64,000 nucleotides of DNA, from IMG/VR virus record IMGVR_UViG_3300019757_000006; one strand, 5' to 3'. Origin of the DNA: a virus. Taxonomy: Duplodnaviria > Heunggongvirae > Uroviricota > Caudoviricetes. Shown here piece by piece: positions 48,501 through 59,000 of this stretch; the first letter of the stretch is position 1; each line of letters begins with the position of its first letter. The notes beneath the pieces are model-generated. The model was not told the origin of the DNA. It was given only the letters and a program-made list of their open reading frames with translations, and did not search any database. Position numbers and translations under genes: made by a program.

Positions 48501-48615
48501 AATCACTATAGTCTTTAGTATCTTGAATTTTAGTATCTGTCGATGCAATTACTTCAGAGGCTTTATTATCTATTTGTAGTCTAGTTTCTGCGCCTAGTTC
48601 GTTTAATAAACTCAT
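45577..48615 (-). CDS. tail fibre protein (long alpha-helical coiled-coil shaft with C-terminal tip domain)
   Basis: 1012 aa, about 850 aa of them low-complexity heptad-like N/T/E/I/L-rich sequence. The C-terminal ~150 aa is a globular domain shared with 44901..45566. It sits within the structural block. Confidence 0.7.
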   Translation of the reverse strand: MSLLNELGAETRLQIDNKASEVIASTDTKIQDTKDYSDLKDSEMFNGLDARILSLDNLKASKAELQIEADNLTAYIDAADDVLTTSKMDVAVAETKLQDLRTYINGIDAILTADKASKVELEAVVTSLTNKVNTDINELSNRMLQLNSDLDEKNLDTTEFLIQMNDEIQVRTEEDQELNTRLDNEIGRSTLADENNEAKIVAEEIRAIQAEANILNRLNDFIQNFIDTKADLTYVNEQVQRIDGENNLQAIQIRSLVDTKVDKVTYNTEMLNMDNQKLDKVDFQAEKLILEGEIDRLDASDTQINQAIQNEVDTRELKDGNLVFDSLLNKTDISNNIVTPKNLTDAINTEARRANESEGTIQLDLDNFKVQNALVETALDNKITALRDTSELADEALNTKIVQETLDREAHDVAITDSINDLELSLLQENEARKLDIANEKSRAIAEETILNTKINNEITRSTNEEINLANLIELESTTRQNSIDNVTLSLNNEITRSTNEDASIRTVIEGNKLASENKDDELHAELTSVGAALVLETQTRESENLILSGRVTVEKNRIDGILAASSADLDSFAEMVNLINNIDQENDDAFASYVSTNNARSVIIEDSFAQEIIDRTAADSLQDLTIAENEEASLSRDSFLQENIDATNANLLIESQTRYDSLNEIQGNLDAETTNRINEIETLNTFINQETTERSNNDNIIQGNLDDEISTREANDGTLNFVQSLNDENGYAPTNLTDAVNKTNMVLTETITELDNEVSEFKSDNQNSLVLLDNIITEETTNRTNQDTILNAKIDTVESGLEAKITINENTLNSLGSTLSQTSTTLDEKINQEIERSTFKDNELTVRLAIEEDARAADIQDINLRLESNIGLIVEPTFYYKNIWDLDLWGQNIWYELDTFLLVPGVYQIKMDSSTTDNVQEGSQFGAFIDGIDINGGQLINDRISTGVWTNICSLEKGYDEKAGIRNFGSAEFYVRVEQNTTIRFNARPIRSNKSDVEIKNRTIIYKLADI

Positions 48616-48643
48616 TTTATTCCTTTTCTTTTAATTACGGTTA

Positions 48644-48973
48644 CTATATAGTAACCGTTTCTTGGATTGAAGATCTAAAATCTTCTATCGTACCTAAATG
48701 AGTTTTAAATTCATCTATTTGCAATTGCATATCTTCTTTATGTAATTCATATTCTGCAACGAAAGTATTATAAGTAACCATAAAAGTAGTTCTGAACTCT
48801 TCTAAATCTTCAATTCTTTCTTTATTTTGAATATACTTACTATTTAAATCTAAATATACTTTTCCCATCTTAGAACCTAAGAAGGTAACTAAATCTTCAA
48901 ATCTAATACCATTAACATAACCAGAGGATTGTTCCTCGGGTAATGCTAGTAGTGCTCTAATTTCTTCTTCCAT
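48644..48973 (-). CDS. hypothetical protein between the two fibre genes (possible fibre chaperone)
   Basis: 109-aa ORF. Function inferred from position only. Confidence 0.4.
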   Translation of the reverse strand: MEEEIRALLALPEEQSSGYVNGIRFEDLVTFLGSKMGKVYLDLNSKYIQNKERIEDLEEFRTTFMVTYNTFVAEYELHKEDMQLQIDEFKTHLGTIEDFRSSIQETVTI

Positions 48974-48985
48974 AATCTTCCTTTA

Positions 48986-51900
48986 TTATATTACTGCTAT
49001 TCCCGCAGCTCTTAAAAATGCATCGTTAAATGCATCTTCATTCTCTGCAGTCAAGTTTTGTAAATTAGTATTTACTTCATTAATACTTTGTACTAAGTTA
49101 GTTTTGTCTACTGTATTTAAATCAGTTCTTACACCAACATCATCTTGAAGAGTTCCAAGAATTCCATCTAGAGTAATTAAACTATCTTTTAAACTAATAG
49201 CGCTATCAATAAATCTTGTTCCAGAAATATCTAAAGTTCCATCTGTTTCTAATCCAGTACTTAATCTATCTAAGTCAATATTACTTTGTAAGAAATTATC
49301 TTTCTCTTGTAAAGCTGTAATTAAATTTTGTACTAAAATTTTATTCTCTTCATAAGAAGCTAAGTTCGAAGCTATACTATTAGTATTCGCTGTAATTAAA
49401 GCTCTTAATGCAGTTTCTAAATTTTGTACTGTAAGGTTAATTGCCTCGCCTAAATCAATTCTAGCTTGTACTTCTGTACTTAAATTTTGAGTAAGAGTTA
49501 ATAACTCTGCATCATTATCAGTACTTTCAGCTTTTAAAGCATCATCTAATAACTTAATACTATCTTTAATACTTGTTGATGTAGCTGTATAAGCTCTCGT
49601 TGCATCTGCTAAATAAACTCCACCTACTTCTAATCCAGTACTTGAAATAATTTCAGTAATTGTATTAGTAATATCAGTATCATTAAGATTTACATAATCA
49701 ATAAGTTCTTTAATACTATCTAATTCTAAACTAGTATCGGCTAAGATACCATCTACTCTAGCAGTAACATCATTAATCTTAGTTGTTTGATCAGCATCAG
49801 TTAATAATATAGCAGCTATTTGCTCATTAATAATACTATCAGCATTTGCTCTTTCAGTTATCTCATTATTAAGATTAGTCTCTAAAACATCCTCAGCTGT
49901 ACTAGCTCTTTCTGTCTCAACTGCAATCTTTTGATCTATCTGAATATTTAAAGCTGTTCTATAAGCTTCTGTAGCTAATTTGGTACTTGTAATATCAGTT
50001 TCAATATCTTGTATTGAAGTTCTATTATCAGTAACTCTAGTATCTATAGCATCAATTTGAATATCTCTAGCAGCTTCGAGGTTTCTTATTTCAGCTCTAA
50101 TAGCAGTCTCTTCTTGAACAGCTCTATTAGTCTCTGTTGTATATAACCCAGTTGCATATTCTCTAGCTTGTTCTACATCTACAATTAATTCATCAACTCT
50201 TACACCAGCAGTAGTAATTCTAATCTCTTGCTCATCTGTAATAGCTTGGAATTTATCATTTAATAATTGTTCCGCAGCAATACTTCTAGCTTCTTCTTGT
50301 GCAATTCTTTCATCAGCTACTATTCTAACATCTACCATTAATCTATCAAAGAATTCGGCTTCGTTAATTTGAATAGGTATTTCGATTCTACCATCTTGAA
50401 TCATAGAATCAATAGTCGAAACTATTTCAATTTCTAGTACTCCTAGACTTCTAACCATAGAGTTAATTGCATCAGTTGTATTAGTTAAATGGTCTCCATT
50501 GATATCTTTTAACTTATTATCAAATATCATATCTCCATCAAATTGCTTTCTTTCTGCAATTTCTAAATCAAGTTTTGTATTAATACTAGCATCGTTATTA
50601 TCAACAATTTCAGTTAAATCAATAATACTATCTTTAATAACTACTTCCGCAGCTAATCTTTTAATATCATTTGCATTAATTTCTTCTCTAATACTATCTT
50701 CTTGTACTAATCTATTTTGAATTTCTGCATCAAGACCTGTACTTAATTTAGTATCTAAAGAGTTAATTGCATTACCTCTTAATTGTACTTCTAATTGTAG
50801 CTTTTGAGCTAAATCTAAAATACTAGCAACTCTTGCTTGAATTTCATTATCGATATTATTATTTAATAGAGTTCTAACATCATTAATATGTTCTTGTCTA
50901 TTAATTATCTCTGCACTAATTCTAGAATCAACCCCATCTATATGAGCATTAATTAAATTAGTATTCTGATCTAATTCATTTAATAAAGAACTTTGAATTT
51001 CGTTTCTAGTAGTTTCAGCATTAATATTATTAGTATTTACTAAATCCATTAATGAAGTTTCTAATTCATTTAAATTATTAGTCCATGTATCACTTCTTGT
51101 TTCTACCATTGCAGTTAAGTTAGCAACCGATGTAGATACAGTATTTTGTACACAAGCTAAAACATCATTTTCTCTATCAATATTATTTAAGATATCAACA
51201 ATATCTTTAAATTCTGCTAAGTTAATATCAGTTCCCGCTAAAATAGCTTCTGTTTGTTTAATAACATTATCAATTTTAGTATTTAAAATATTATCAGAAA
51301 CACCTAACTCTACTTTAATTCTATCAATTTTACTATCAACTATTCCAATAGCTAAAGCTCTATCCGCAGTTTCTCTTACTATCTTATTAGTAACAACTGT
51401 ATCTCCAGCAATTCTATTTGTAGTTTCATTTGCTAAGTTACTTCTATCAGTTTGGATCTGTAAATCTCTAGTACTAATTTCTTCATTTATTTTTTCAGTA
51501 AGAAGTTGAACATCTAATATTCTTTCTTCTGTTTCTGTACTAATTTTATTATTAGTACTTTCAATAAATGTTAAAAGACTTGTTTCTAAAGTTTCTAAAT
51601 CATTTCTAAGAACATTATCAACCGCACTTAAAGTAGCAACTTCTAATACAATACTATCTTTAATAGTAGTTTGCTCATTACTTAAATCATTAATTAAAGC
51701 AGTTAAACTATTTGTACTAGCATTTAAGGTATTTTGTAAATCAACTTGAACAACTTGAACTTCATCTCTTACTACTTGAACTTGAGATAATCTATCTTGT
51801 ACTTCTGTACTAATTAAAGCATTTAAAGTACTAATATTATTAGCTCGTGCAATAGTTTCATTCATAATTAAACTATTAATTACTGAATTCTGAGATAATC

Positions 51901-54900
51901 TTTCATTTGTCTCTGCCGTTAAATTAGTAGTTAATGTAGTAAGACTTGCATTTACATTACTTGCAAAGTTAGCAATACTTCCTTCTTGAGTAATATCAAT
52001 ACCTTTTAATAATTCTACAATCGCCGCATACTCTGCATAAGAACTATCTACTCCATTAAATATAAGTTGAACTATATTATTTACTTGGTCTACATTATCT
52101 TGAACGGCTTGAGTTGCTTCAATTCTAGCTTGAACTTCATTTCCTAAAGCTTGCTCTAAAGAGGCATTACTTGTATTTAAAGCTTGAATTACTTCTAAGT
52201 TTGCGATATTTTGAGTTTCTAAACCTGCTTTAGATAAAGCTAATTTATTATCCATTAATGCATGTAATGATTCAGTATTTGCTTTTTCAGCATCCATTCT
52301 TGCTAACGTATTAGTAATTAATGATTCTCTTAAAACACCTTCTTGTTCAATTCTTGCTTGTAAAGTTCTTTCACCTGCTAATGATATCTCTTTAGCATTT
52401 TCAATATTTTCTAAACAATTATCAAAAGCTGTACTTCTATCTAGAATTTCAGTTCTAATTAAATTAGATAATTCTATATTTTGAGTACTTCTAGTATCTT
52501 CTTCAATACTTAATCTAGCAGTTAAATCATTTTGTACTTCTAGTATCTTAGTATTTAATGTACCAATGTTTGTATTACTTAGAGTTTTATTTAAATCAAT
52601 CTTATCAGATAATTCTTTAAATGAATTTAAAGAGTTTGTACTATTTGCTAGTATACTATCTAAAGCAATTTTATTAGCTTGAGCAATACTATCAATTCTT
52701 TGATCGTTCGCAATACTTCTATCAATTTCTTCTTGAATCTTATTTCTTAATTCATTAACTTTTGATTCTCTAAGAGCAGTTTCTGCATCAATCTTAGCAG
52801 TAAGTTCAACTTTATCAGCTGCTGTTTTTGTATCTAACTCAGTTAAGTTAGTACTAATTACATCACCTTGATTAATTCTATCTTGAATCTCTGTATTAAC
52901 AATTTGCATAATTTCATTATTTCTTGCTAATCTCTCTTGAGTTTCTAAAGAAATGCTTGTTGCTAGCTCACTATCTCCAGCTAATCTATCATTAATTTCA
53001 TTAAGTACAACTTGTTCTAAACTTGCTACTTGAGCTAATCTAGCTTGAGTTTCTTCATCAATTTTAATATCAGTAGCTTCTTGTAAAGTATTTCTTACTT
53101 GAATTTCATTACCAAGAGCATCACTAAGACTTTGAATAGCAGCAATTCTAATATTAACTTCTGTATTAATACTTAATTCTAAACTATCCATTCTTGCATT
53201 AACACTAGCATGAACTGTATCTAAATTATTTTGAGCAAGTGAAATACTAGCTTCTAATTCATTATATACATTTAAAAGAGTTTGTTTAGTTAATGGAACA
53301 CCATCAATAAAAGCATTAAAGTTATTTTCATTTTCAATTATTTTTGCATCTAAGATTTGGAAATTATCAATAACAGTAGCATTAAGTACTGTAAGGCTTC
53401 CCTTAATTTCATTATCAACATCTACTAATTCATTATGAACTGTATTTAATTCTGCTCTAACAATACCTAAATTCTCAGTAATCTTTACACTTAAACCATT
53501 ATCGCTATCTTTATATTTAGTTTCAACTCTATTTAATTCTAAATTAATTGTACTAATATTTTCAGCAATACTATTAAAAATCTCTACTAACTCAGCTGCT
53601 TTTGCAGTAGTCGTAGCATCAATTCTTGCAACTTCATCTAATCTAGTTTGTACTTCAGCTAAAATTCTAGCATCGATTTCAGTAATAGCATCTTCTCTAA
53701 TACCAATTTCAGTATCTAATTTAGCATCAATTCTAGCATCTTCAGCTTCTCTATCAGCAGCTTCTTCTAAGAAACTATTAGTAGTATTAGTTCTTAATTC
53801 TCCAAGACTAGTTAATATACCATCTAGGGCAGATTCTTTCTCAGCTTTTAAATCATTTACAAAATCAATAACTTCTTTAAAACTATCTAAATCAAAATCA
53901 GAACCAGATAAAATTGAATCAATTCTAGCTTTCTCAATATTTAATAAGTTTAAAGTATCTAAATCTTGTTGGATTCTTTCCGCTGTTTCAGTAATTAATC
54001 TTTGATCTAAAGCATTATCATTACTTAATCTTTCATCTGTTTCAGTATTAATCTGAGTTCTAATTTCAGCAACACTTTCATTTAATAGTTCAGTTGTACT
54101 ATCAATTCCAGCTTGTACTAAATCCATTCTAGTATTAATCGTGCTTATAGTTTCATTAACACTATTTTGTAAAGCGTTATTTTGAACTTCAAAAGCATTA
54201 ATCTGTTCTTGAATACTTAATTCAAGATTACTCATATCTTGTTGTCTAGCAGTTGTTTCTTCAGCAATATCTGTACTTAAAGCAGTTAACTGAGAACCTA
54301 TACTATAATTTAATGTATCAATTCTTTCATTGATTAATAAATATTGACTTTCTCTTGTTTCAGATTCAGAATCTAATTTACCAGATAATTCAGCATTCTT
54401 TAATTCTAAATTATAAACTCTTACATCTAAAGCATTAGTCGTATTTTGAATATCATTTATAGTAGCTACATTTAAAGCTAAGTTAGCAGAATTAAAATCA
54501 TTAATTAAAACTTTTAAAGAACTTATACTATCCGTTCCAGTATTAGTACCATTAATTAAATTAATACCATTTCTTAACTCTTGAATACTTGCATTTAAAG
54601 ATTGAACTTCAGTTTGTCTAGTATCAATTTCATTAGTTAATCCTAATTGTATAATACTATGTTTATCTAAAATACTATCATTAAGACTAGTTACTTGAGT
54701 ATTTAAATCAATTTTAATATTAGTAACCGCACTTCTAAGACTTAGAATATCATTATAATTCTTTAAAATATCAGCTTCATATTCAGAAATACTTGATGTA
54801 ATTATAGCTTTTTCATCTTCTGAAAAGTTACTTCCATCTAAGGTACTACCAAGAACCTTTTCTTTTAATTCTCTAAAGCTAGTATTAATATCTTGAACAT

Positions 54901-56437
54901 CTTTAATTCTAGTAGCAATTTCAGTATCTAATTTTAAAGTTAAATTTGAAACAGCGGCTTCTCTAATATTTTCTTCAGTATCAATTCTACTAATATTATT
55001 TACATAATTTAATTGGAATTTATCAGTTAATAATTTAAGATCGTTTTTAAGTTCTACCTTAATACCATCCATTCTATTACTTAAAGTTTTAAATGTTCCA
55101 GCACTTTCATCAACAGCTTTAGTTAAAGAAATAATATCATCAGATTTATCTACTTCACTTATTCTATCATAAATTTCAGTAATCTCATTTGTAATTCTAA
55201 GATCTAAAACCTTATTATTATTTTCTCTAAGGTCAGCTTCAGCTTCTATTAAATCAAATACTTTTTGATATTCAGAACCTAGAGTCCTATTTATACCAGA
55301 AATTAAATCAGATAATCTTAAAATTTCATTGTTAGTCTTCTCTTCAAATTCTATAACTTCATTTTTAATTAATCCTAATCTCTCTTGAGTATTCCCTTTA
55401 AGTAAGTTAATCCCTTCATCTAATCTAGTTACTTCTTTATCTCTAGTACTTATTTCATCAAATGTAAGATTTTTAGCATCTTGAATTTGATCTTGAATAC
55501 CATTATCAATATCTTGTACTTTAGTCTGTACTTGATTTAATAAGAAAGTAGCCGATTGAATAGTTCCTTCGAAGTCATCAATTTTAGATACTAAAGAACC
55601 TAAGGCAGTTGCCCCATCACTTGAATCTAATTCAGCTAAAATATTTAACTTTTCTTGGAAAGCATTTGTATCTAATAAAAGAGTATTTAACTTAGACTTT
55701 TGATTTTGTAAATCTAATTGTAAAGTATTAACTTCGTTATTTACAGTACTAAATTTTAAATTAATATTAGAATTAAGGCTAGCATTAGTTAAATCTAATT
55801 TAGTATTAAATTCTTCTTTAGATAATTTAGAATCTAAAGCAATATTTAAATTTTTACTTTCATTATTAATTTTTGTATTTAAAGTATTATCTAAAAGGAT
55901 TCTATTTTCTCTTTCTGTTTGGATTAGATTAATAATATCTTCTGATCTCTCGATATTATGAATACTTGCTTCAACAAGACTCAACGATCCGGATAATTTT
56001 TGATATTGATATTCTAAATTGTTTTTAATTTGATGAATACTAGCAGAGTTTGTTTCAGTAGTTGTATTAGTACTTTCTAATTTTGCTTCAACAACATCTA
56101 AATCTTTTAATATATCATCTTTTACTTCATTAATATAGTCTTTATTATCATTAAGATTATTAATAGTCCCCAGAACTTCTTGAACAATTAATGTTTCTAT
56201 TTCCGTTCTTGGAATTACATTAGCTTCTACAGCTAATTGTTCTATTAGATTTCTTAGTTCTTCCTGTGTTTGAACTCCAGCGCCAGTTGCAATATCTTCT
56301 ATATAACTTGTTATGTCAGCTTTTGACATTACTCCTGCTTCTAAAGATAATTTTTTAATATAATCTTTTATATCTTGAACAGTTAACCCACTTAAAGGTA
56401 TTACATCTAAGTTAGTTAATTCATTTTGATCTGCCAT
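48986..56437 (-). CDS. giant fibrous structural protein (2483 aa, almost entirely coiled-coil/low-complexity repeats)
   Basis: Single uninterrupted 7.45-kb ORF. Periodic N/T/I/L/E/D/Q composition with recurring ETxxRxxxD and IxxNxxxL patterns, similar in style to the 1012-aa fibre shaft. Confidence 0.7.
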   Translation of the reverse strand: MADQNELTNLDVIPLSGLTVQDIKDYIKKLSLEAGVMSKADITSYIEDIATGAGVQTQEELRNLIEQLAVEANVIPRTEIETLIVQEVLGTINNLNDNKDYINEVKDDILKDLDVVEAKLESTNTTTETNSASIHQIKNNLEYQYQKLSGSLSLVEASIHNIERSEDIINLIQTERENRILLDNTLNTKINNESKNLNIALDSKLSKEEFNTKLDLTNASLNSNINLKFSTVNNEVNTLQLDLQNQKSKLNTLLLDTNAFQEKLNILAELDSSDGATALGSLVSKIDDFEGTIQSATFLLNQVQTKVQDIDNGIQDQIQDAKNLTFDEISTRDKEVTRLDEGINLLKGNTQERLGLIKNEVIEFEEKTNNEILRLSDLISGINRTLGSEYQKVFDLIEAEADLRENNNKVLDLRITNEITEIYDRISEVDKSDDIISLTKAVDESAGTFKTLSNRMDGIKVELKNDLKLLTDKFQLNYVNNISRIDTEENIREAAVSNLTLKLDTEIATRIKDVQDINTSFRELKEKVLGSTLDGSNFSEDEKAIITSSISEYEADILKNYNDILSLRSAVTNIKIDLNTQVTSLNDSILDKHSIIQLGLTNEIDTRQTEVQSLNASIQELRNGINLINGTNTGTDSISSLKVLINDFNSANLALNVATINDIQNTTNALDVRVYNLELKNAELSGKLDSESETRESQYLLINERIDTLNYSIGSQLTALSTDIAEETTARQQDMSNLELSIQEQINAFEVQNNALQNSVNETISTINTRMDLVQAGIDSTTELLNESVAEIRTQINTETDERLSNDNALDQRLITETAERIQQDLDTLNLLNIEKARIDSILSGSDFDLDSFKEVIDFVNDLKAEKESALDGILTSLGELRTNTTNSFLEEAADREAEDARIDAKLDTEIGIREDAITEIDARILAEVQTRLDEVARIDATTTAKAAELVEIFNSIAENISTINLELNRVETKYKDSDNGLSVKITENLGIVRAELNTVHNELVDVDNEIKGSLTVLNATVIDNFQILDAKIIENENNFNAFIDGVPLTKQTLLNVYNELEASISLAQNNLDTVHASVNARMDSLELSINTEVNIRIAAIQSLSDALGNEIQVRNTLQEATDIKIDEETQARLAQVASLEQVVLNEINDRLAGDSELATSISLETQERLARNNEIMQIVNTEIQDRINQGDVISTNLTELDTKTAADKVELTAKIDAETALRESKVNELRNKIQEEIDRSIANDQRIDSIAQANKIALDSILANSTNSLNSFKELSDKIDLNKTLSNTNIGTLNTKILEVQNDLTARLSIEEDTRSTQNIELSNLIRTEILDRSTAFDNCLENIENAKEISLAGERTLQARIEQEGVLRESLITNTLARMDAEKANTESLHALMDNKLALSKAGLETQNIANLEVIQALNTSNASLEQALGNEVQARIEATQAVQDNVDQVNNIVQLIFNGVDSSYAEYAAIVELLKGIDITQEGSIANFASNVNASLTTLTTNLTAETNERLSQNSVINSLIMNETIARANNISTLNALISTEVQDRLSQVQVVRDEVQVVQVDLQNTLNASTNSLTALINDLSNEQTTIKDSIVLEVATLSAVDNVLRNDLETLETSLLTFIESTNNKISTETEERILDVQLLTEKINEEISTRDLQIQTDRSNLANETTNRIAGDTVVTNKIVRETADRALAIGIVDSKIDRIKVELGVSDNILNTKIDNVIKQTEAILAGTDINLAEFKDIVDILNNIDRENDVLACVQNTVSTSVANLTAMVETRSDTWTNNLNELETSLMDLVNTNNINAETTRNEIQSSLLNELDQNTNLINAHIDGVDSRISAEIINRQEHINDVRTLLNNNIDNEIQARVASILDLAQKLQLEVQLRGNAINSLDTKLSTGLDAEIQNRLVQEDSIREEINANDIKRLAAEVVIKDSIIDLTEIVDNNDASINTKLDLEIAERKQFDGDMIFDNKLKDINGDHLTNTTDAINSMVRSLGVLEIEIVSTIDSMIQDGRIEIPIQINEAEFFDRLMVDVRIVADERIAQEEARSIAAEQLLNDKFQAITDEQEIRITTAGVRVDELIVDVEQAREYATGLYTTETNRAVQEETAIRAEIRNLEAARDIQIDAIDTRVTDNRTSIQDIETDITSTKLATEAYRTALNIQIDQKIAVETERASTAEDVLETNLNNEITERANADSIINEQIAAILLTDADQTTKINDVTARVDGILADTSLELDSIKELIDYVNLNDTDITNTITEIISSTGLEVGGVYLADATRAYTATSTSIKDSIKLLDDALKAESTDNDAELLTLTQNLSTEVQARIDLGEAINLTVQNLETALRALITANTNSIASNLASYEENKILVQNLITALQEKDNFLQSNIDLDRLSTGLETDGTLDISGTRFIDSAISLKDSLITLDGILGTLQDDVGVRTDLNTVDKTNLVQSINEVNTNLQNLTAENEDAFNDAFLRAAGIAVI

Positions 56438-56472
56438 TATTACACTCCTTAATTTTAGGTAATTTATTTGGA

Positions 56473-56509
56473 ATAGCTAATAGCTAGCTCACTATAGCCA
56501 GCTATTTAG
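56473..56509 (-). repeat. AGCTA-rich dispersed repeat, copy D (in the 68-bp region upstream of the giant fibre gene)
   Basis: aatagctaatagctagctcactatagccagctatttag. Its reverse complement matches copy B. It overlaps the stop of 56506..58983. Confidence 0.5.
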
Positions 56510-58983
56510 TGTTTAATTGTTAATTGTATATCATCTACATTAAAATGAAAGAAAGGTGGACAAAAATCTAAAAGAGTATTAATGTCGGCGTTCGCATCAT
56601 TTTTAATATTATAATAAATGGTATCCGCATCATTGACAACGAACATACTAGGGGATAGTACTTCAATATTTTTAATAAATGATGTACTTACAGTTGTTTG
56701 TTTGTATTTTTCATATATAAAATTTTCCAATTCCGATTCGAAATATTCTATTTTAAAGCCAATCTTTTGTTTGAAAAATGTAACAATATCTAATTTTATA
56801 CTTAGCTCTAAATCCTGAATACTGTCAAAACTATTCTCAAGAATAAAGTTTTCTTTATCTATATATACATCTAAAATAACATCTAATTTAGGATTACTCT
56901 TATTATAATTATTATTTATTTTAAATAGATAATCTTGATATTGTGGTGCAATATCTACCGTATTAAAGAACGATTGGGATACTCTTGTATTATAAGCAAT
57001 CTTATCTTTTGCATCATTAACCGCAAAGAAACTATCCAATGTACTAAATAATTCTTCCCAGTTGCTTTGAGTAAAATATTCTTTTTCTATATAAGGTAGT
57101 CTAAGTAAATGAACTATCTCATCTTTAGTAAATGGATCTAAAATTGCATCTACTGGTACTAATAAATCTCTTAACTCATTATCTAAATATTCTAAAGTAA
57201 TATTACTTGTATCGATAGCCAGATCGGCTGCCCCATCTACATGTTCGAAATATTTATATATAATTTGCTTAGGAATTAATTGATAATAACTATCATACGC
57301 GCTATAGTATTGAATAATTTCATTATATTCAAAATCTTGAACTGATAAAGTTAATTCAGTAACCTCTTCTTTAATAATACAATAAGCATCTGTAAACATA
57401 GTATTTACTTCCCAAGTAAAATTATTCCCAAAATCTAATTGAAAATCAAAATTCTTAGTACTTACTTTATATATTTTATCAGAAGCTGCCCCACTAGTAA
57501 TAGTAAAATAAGATTTCTGTCTAATAAAATCATATTTAATATCTAAATTAATTTGATTATTAAAAGCTACATCTTTAAGAGATACCATATCCTGAGCAAG
57601 CTTAATTGAAATACTTGGATTAACTATATAAGCTTCTGTTTCATTATTACTTAAAAATTTATAATAAAATGGAGATACAAAAGTTTTTCCGGCATAATCT
57701 ACTTCTGGATAAAAAGGATTTTCTGCTATATGAGTTTCTGTTTGATTTAAAGAAACTGTATCAATAAGGGTATTATTTTTATCTTTTAAAGCATCGAAAA
57801 TAAATAAAAATGATCTAGCATCTAAAAATTTAGCATCCACATATGGAATACTATCATTAATTTGGAAATACTTTTCAAAATCATTTACACTCGTAAGACT
57901 ATTTCGATAAGATAATTTATTAAAAATATTTTGTCTTATCTCTTCAATACTTTGGATATTATTTCCACCAGTTCCACCAATAACAGATACTCCATTAAGA
58001 CTACTTTTAAGTAGTCTAGTTTCCCCAGTATAGGTAACAGTTTCTGTATTTATATCCTGCAATAAAAATTGCATATTACTTAGATTTCCAGTTTCTCCAA
58101 GGGTAGTAACAATTTCAAGAATAATTTCATTATTAGCAGCTAGATACATTCCTGTTCTACCATCTCCAGTTTCAAAAGTAATACTATTACTATAAATCTG
58201 TAAGAATAAATCTAGATCATAAGCAGAACTACCAAATTTATAATATTTAGTACCAAATTTAGGATAACCTTTTATTCCTTCTATCTCATCAGTGGTTAAG
58301 GTATCGATCGAATCTAAGTTAGCTGGTTCAGATGATGAATTAAGCCAAGCATTAGTTGATACTAATCCTTTATAATCATGAATACTTTGCGAGAAAGAAA
58401 ACGTTTCCCCTATATTATAATTAGGAACTATAATCTTTTTTAATTCCCTTTTCTGTTGAAGAACTCCAGTATAATTTACTAAATAAATATAAGAACCTTC
58501 ATTAACTGGATCAGGAGCTCTTGTAATACTTAATTCCGTTTTATTTACGGAACTATAAGCAAAAGCTTGAACTTTACTAGCTGACATTGTAATTTGAATT
58601 CTTTCTGGAATCATGTAATCAATTCCCGAACTATCGTTAAATAAAGTATTCTTTTCAATATTAAATGTTTGGTATCTTATATTATCGAATGATAATTCTG
58701 GTACAATAAAACTTATATTAAAAGTAGATGGTTTTGCTAATTGTATTTCTGATTTATATATAGTACTATGAAATAATAATGAATTAAAATCTTGAGCCAA
58801 TCCTGGATTCATTTCTCTAAACATTTTACTATAAAATTGTTGAACATCGAATTTGATATTAGTAAGGTAATTAGTAAGTATTCCTAATGCTCCAGATTTT
58901 AATAAAATGGGATTAGTAATATTTAAATTACTTTGTATTAATTCTTCAAATTCGGCTTGCGTTACTTCGAACGTTTTACTCAT
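56506..58983 (-). CDS. large structural protein (baseplate-wedge-like by position)
   Basis: 825-aa ORF immediately upstream (in transcription order) of the fibre genes. No enzymatic motifs. Function inferred from context only. Confidence 0.45.
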   Translation of the reverse strand: MSKTFEVTQAEFEELIQSNLNITNPILLKSGALGILTNYLTNIKFDVQQFYSKMFREMNPGLAQDFNSLLFHSTIYKSEIQLAKPSTFNISFIVPELSFDNIRYQTFNIEKNTLFNDSSGIDYMIPERIQITMSASKVQAFAYSSVNKTELSITRAPDPVNEGSYIYLVNYTGVLQQKRELKKIIVPNYNIGETFSFSQSIHDYKGLVSTNAWLNSSSEPANLDSIDTLTTDEIEGIKGYPKFGTKYYKFGSSAYDLDLFLQIYSNSITFETGDGRTGMYLAANNEIILEIVTTLGETGNLSNMQFLLQDINTETVTYTGETRLLKSSLNGVSVIGGTGGNNIQSIEEIRQNIFNKLSYRNSLTSVNDFEKYFQINDSIPYVDAKFLDARSFLFIFDALKDKNNTLIDTVSLNQTETHIAENPFYPEVDYAGKTFVSPFYYKFLSNNETEAYIVNPSISIKLAQDMVSLKDVAFNNQINLDIKYDFIRQKSYFTITSGAASDKIYKVSTKNFDFQLDFGNNFTWEVNTMFTDAYCIIKEEVTELTLSVQDFEYNEIIQYYSAYDSYYQLIPKQIIYKYFEHVDGAADLAIDTSNITLEYLDNELRDLLVPVDAILDPFTKDEIVHLLRLPYIEKEYFTQSNWEELFSTLDSFFAVNDAKDKIAYNTRVSQSFFNTVDIAPQYQDYLFKINNNYNKSNPKLDVILDVYIDKENFILENSFDSIQDLELSIKLDIVTFFKQKIGFKIEYFESELENFIYEKYKQTTVSTSFIKNIEVLSPSMFVVNDADTIYYNIKNDANADINTLLDFCPPFFHFNVDDIQLTIKH

Positions 58984-59000
58984 AATATTTTTCCTTTCTT

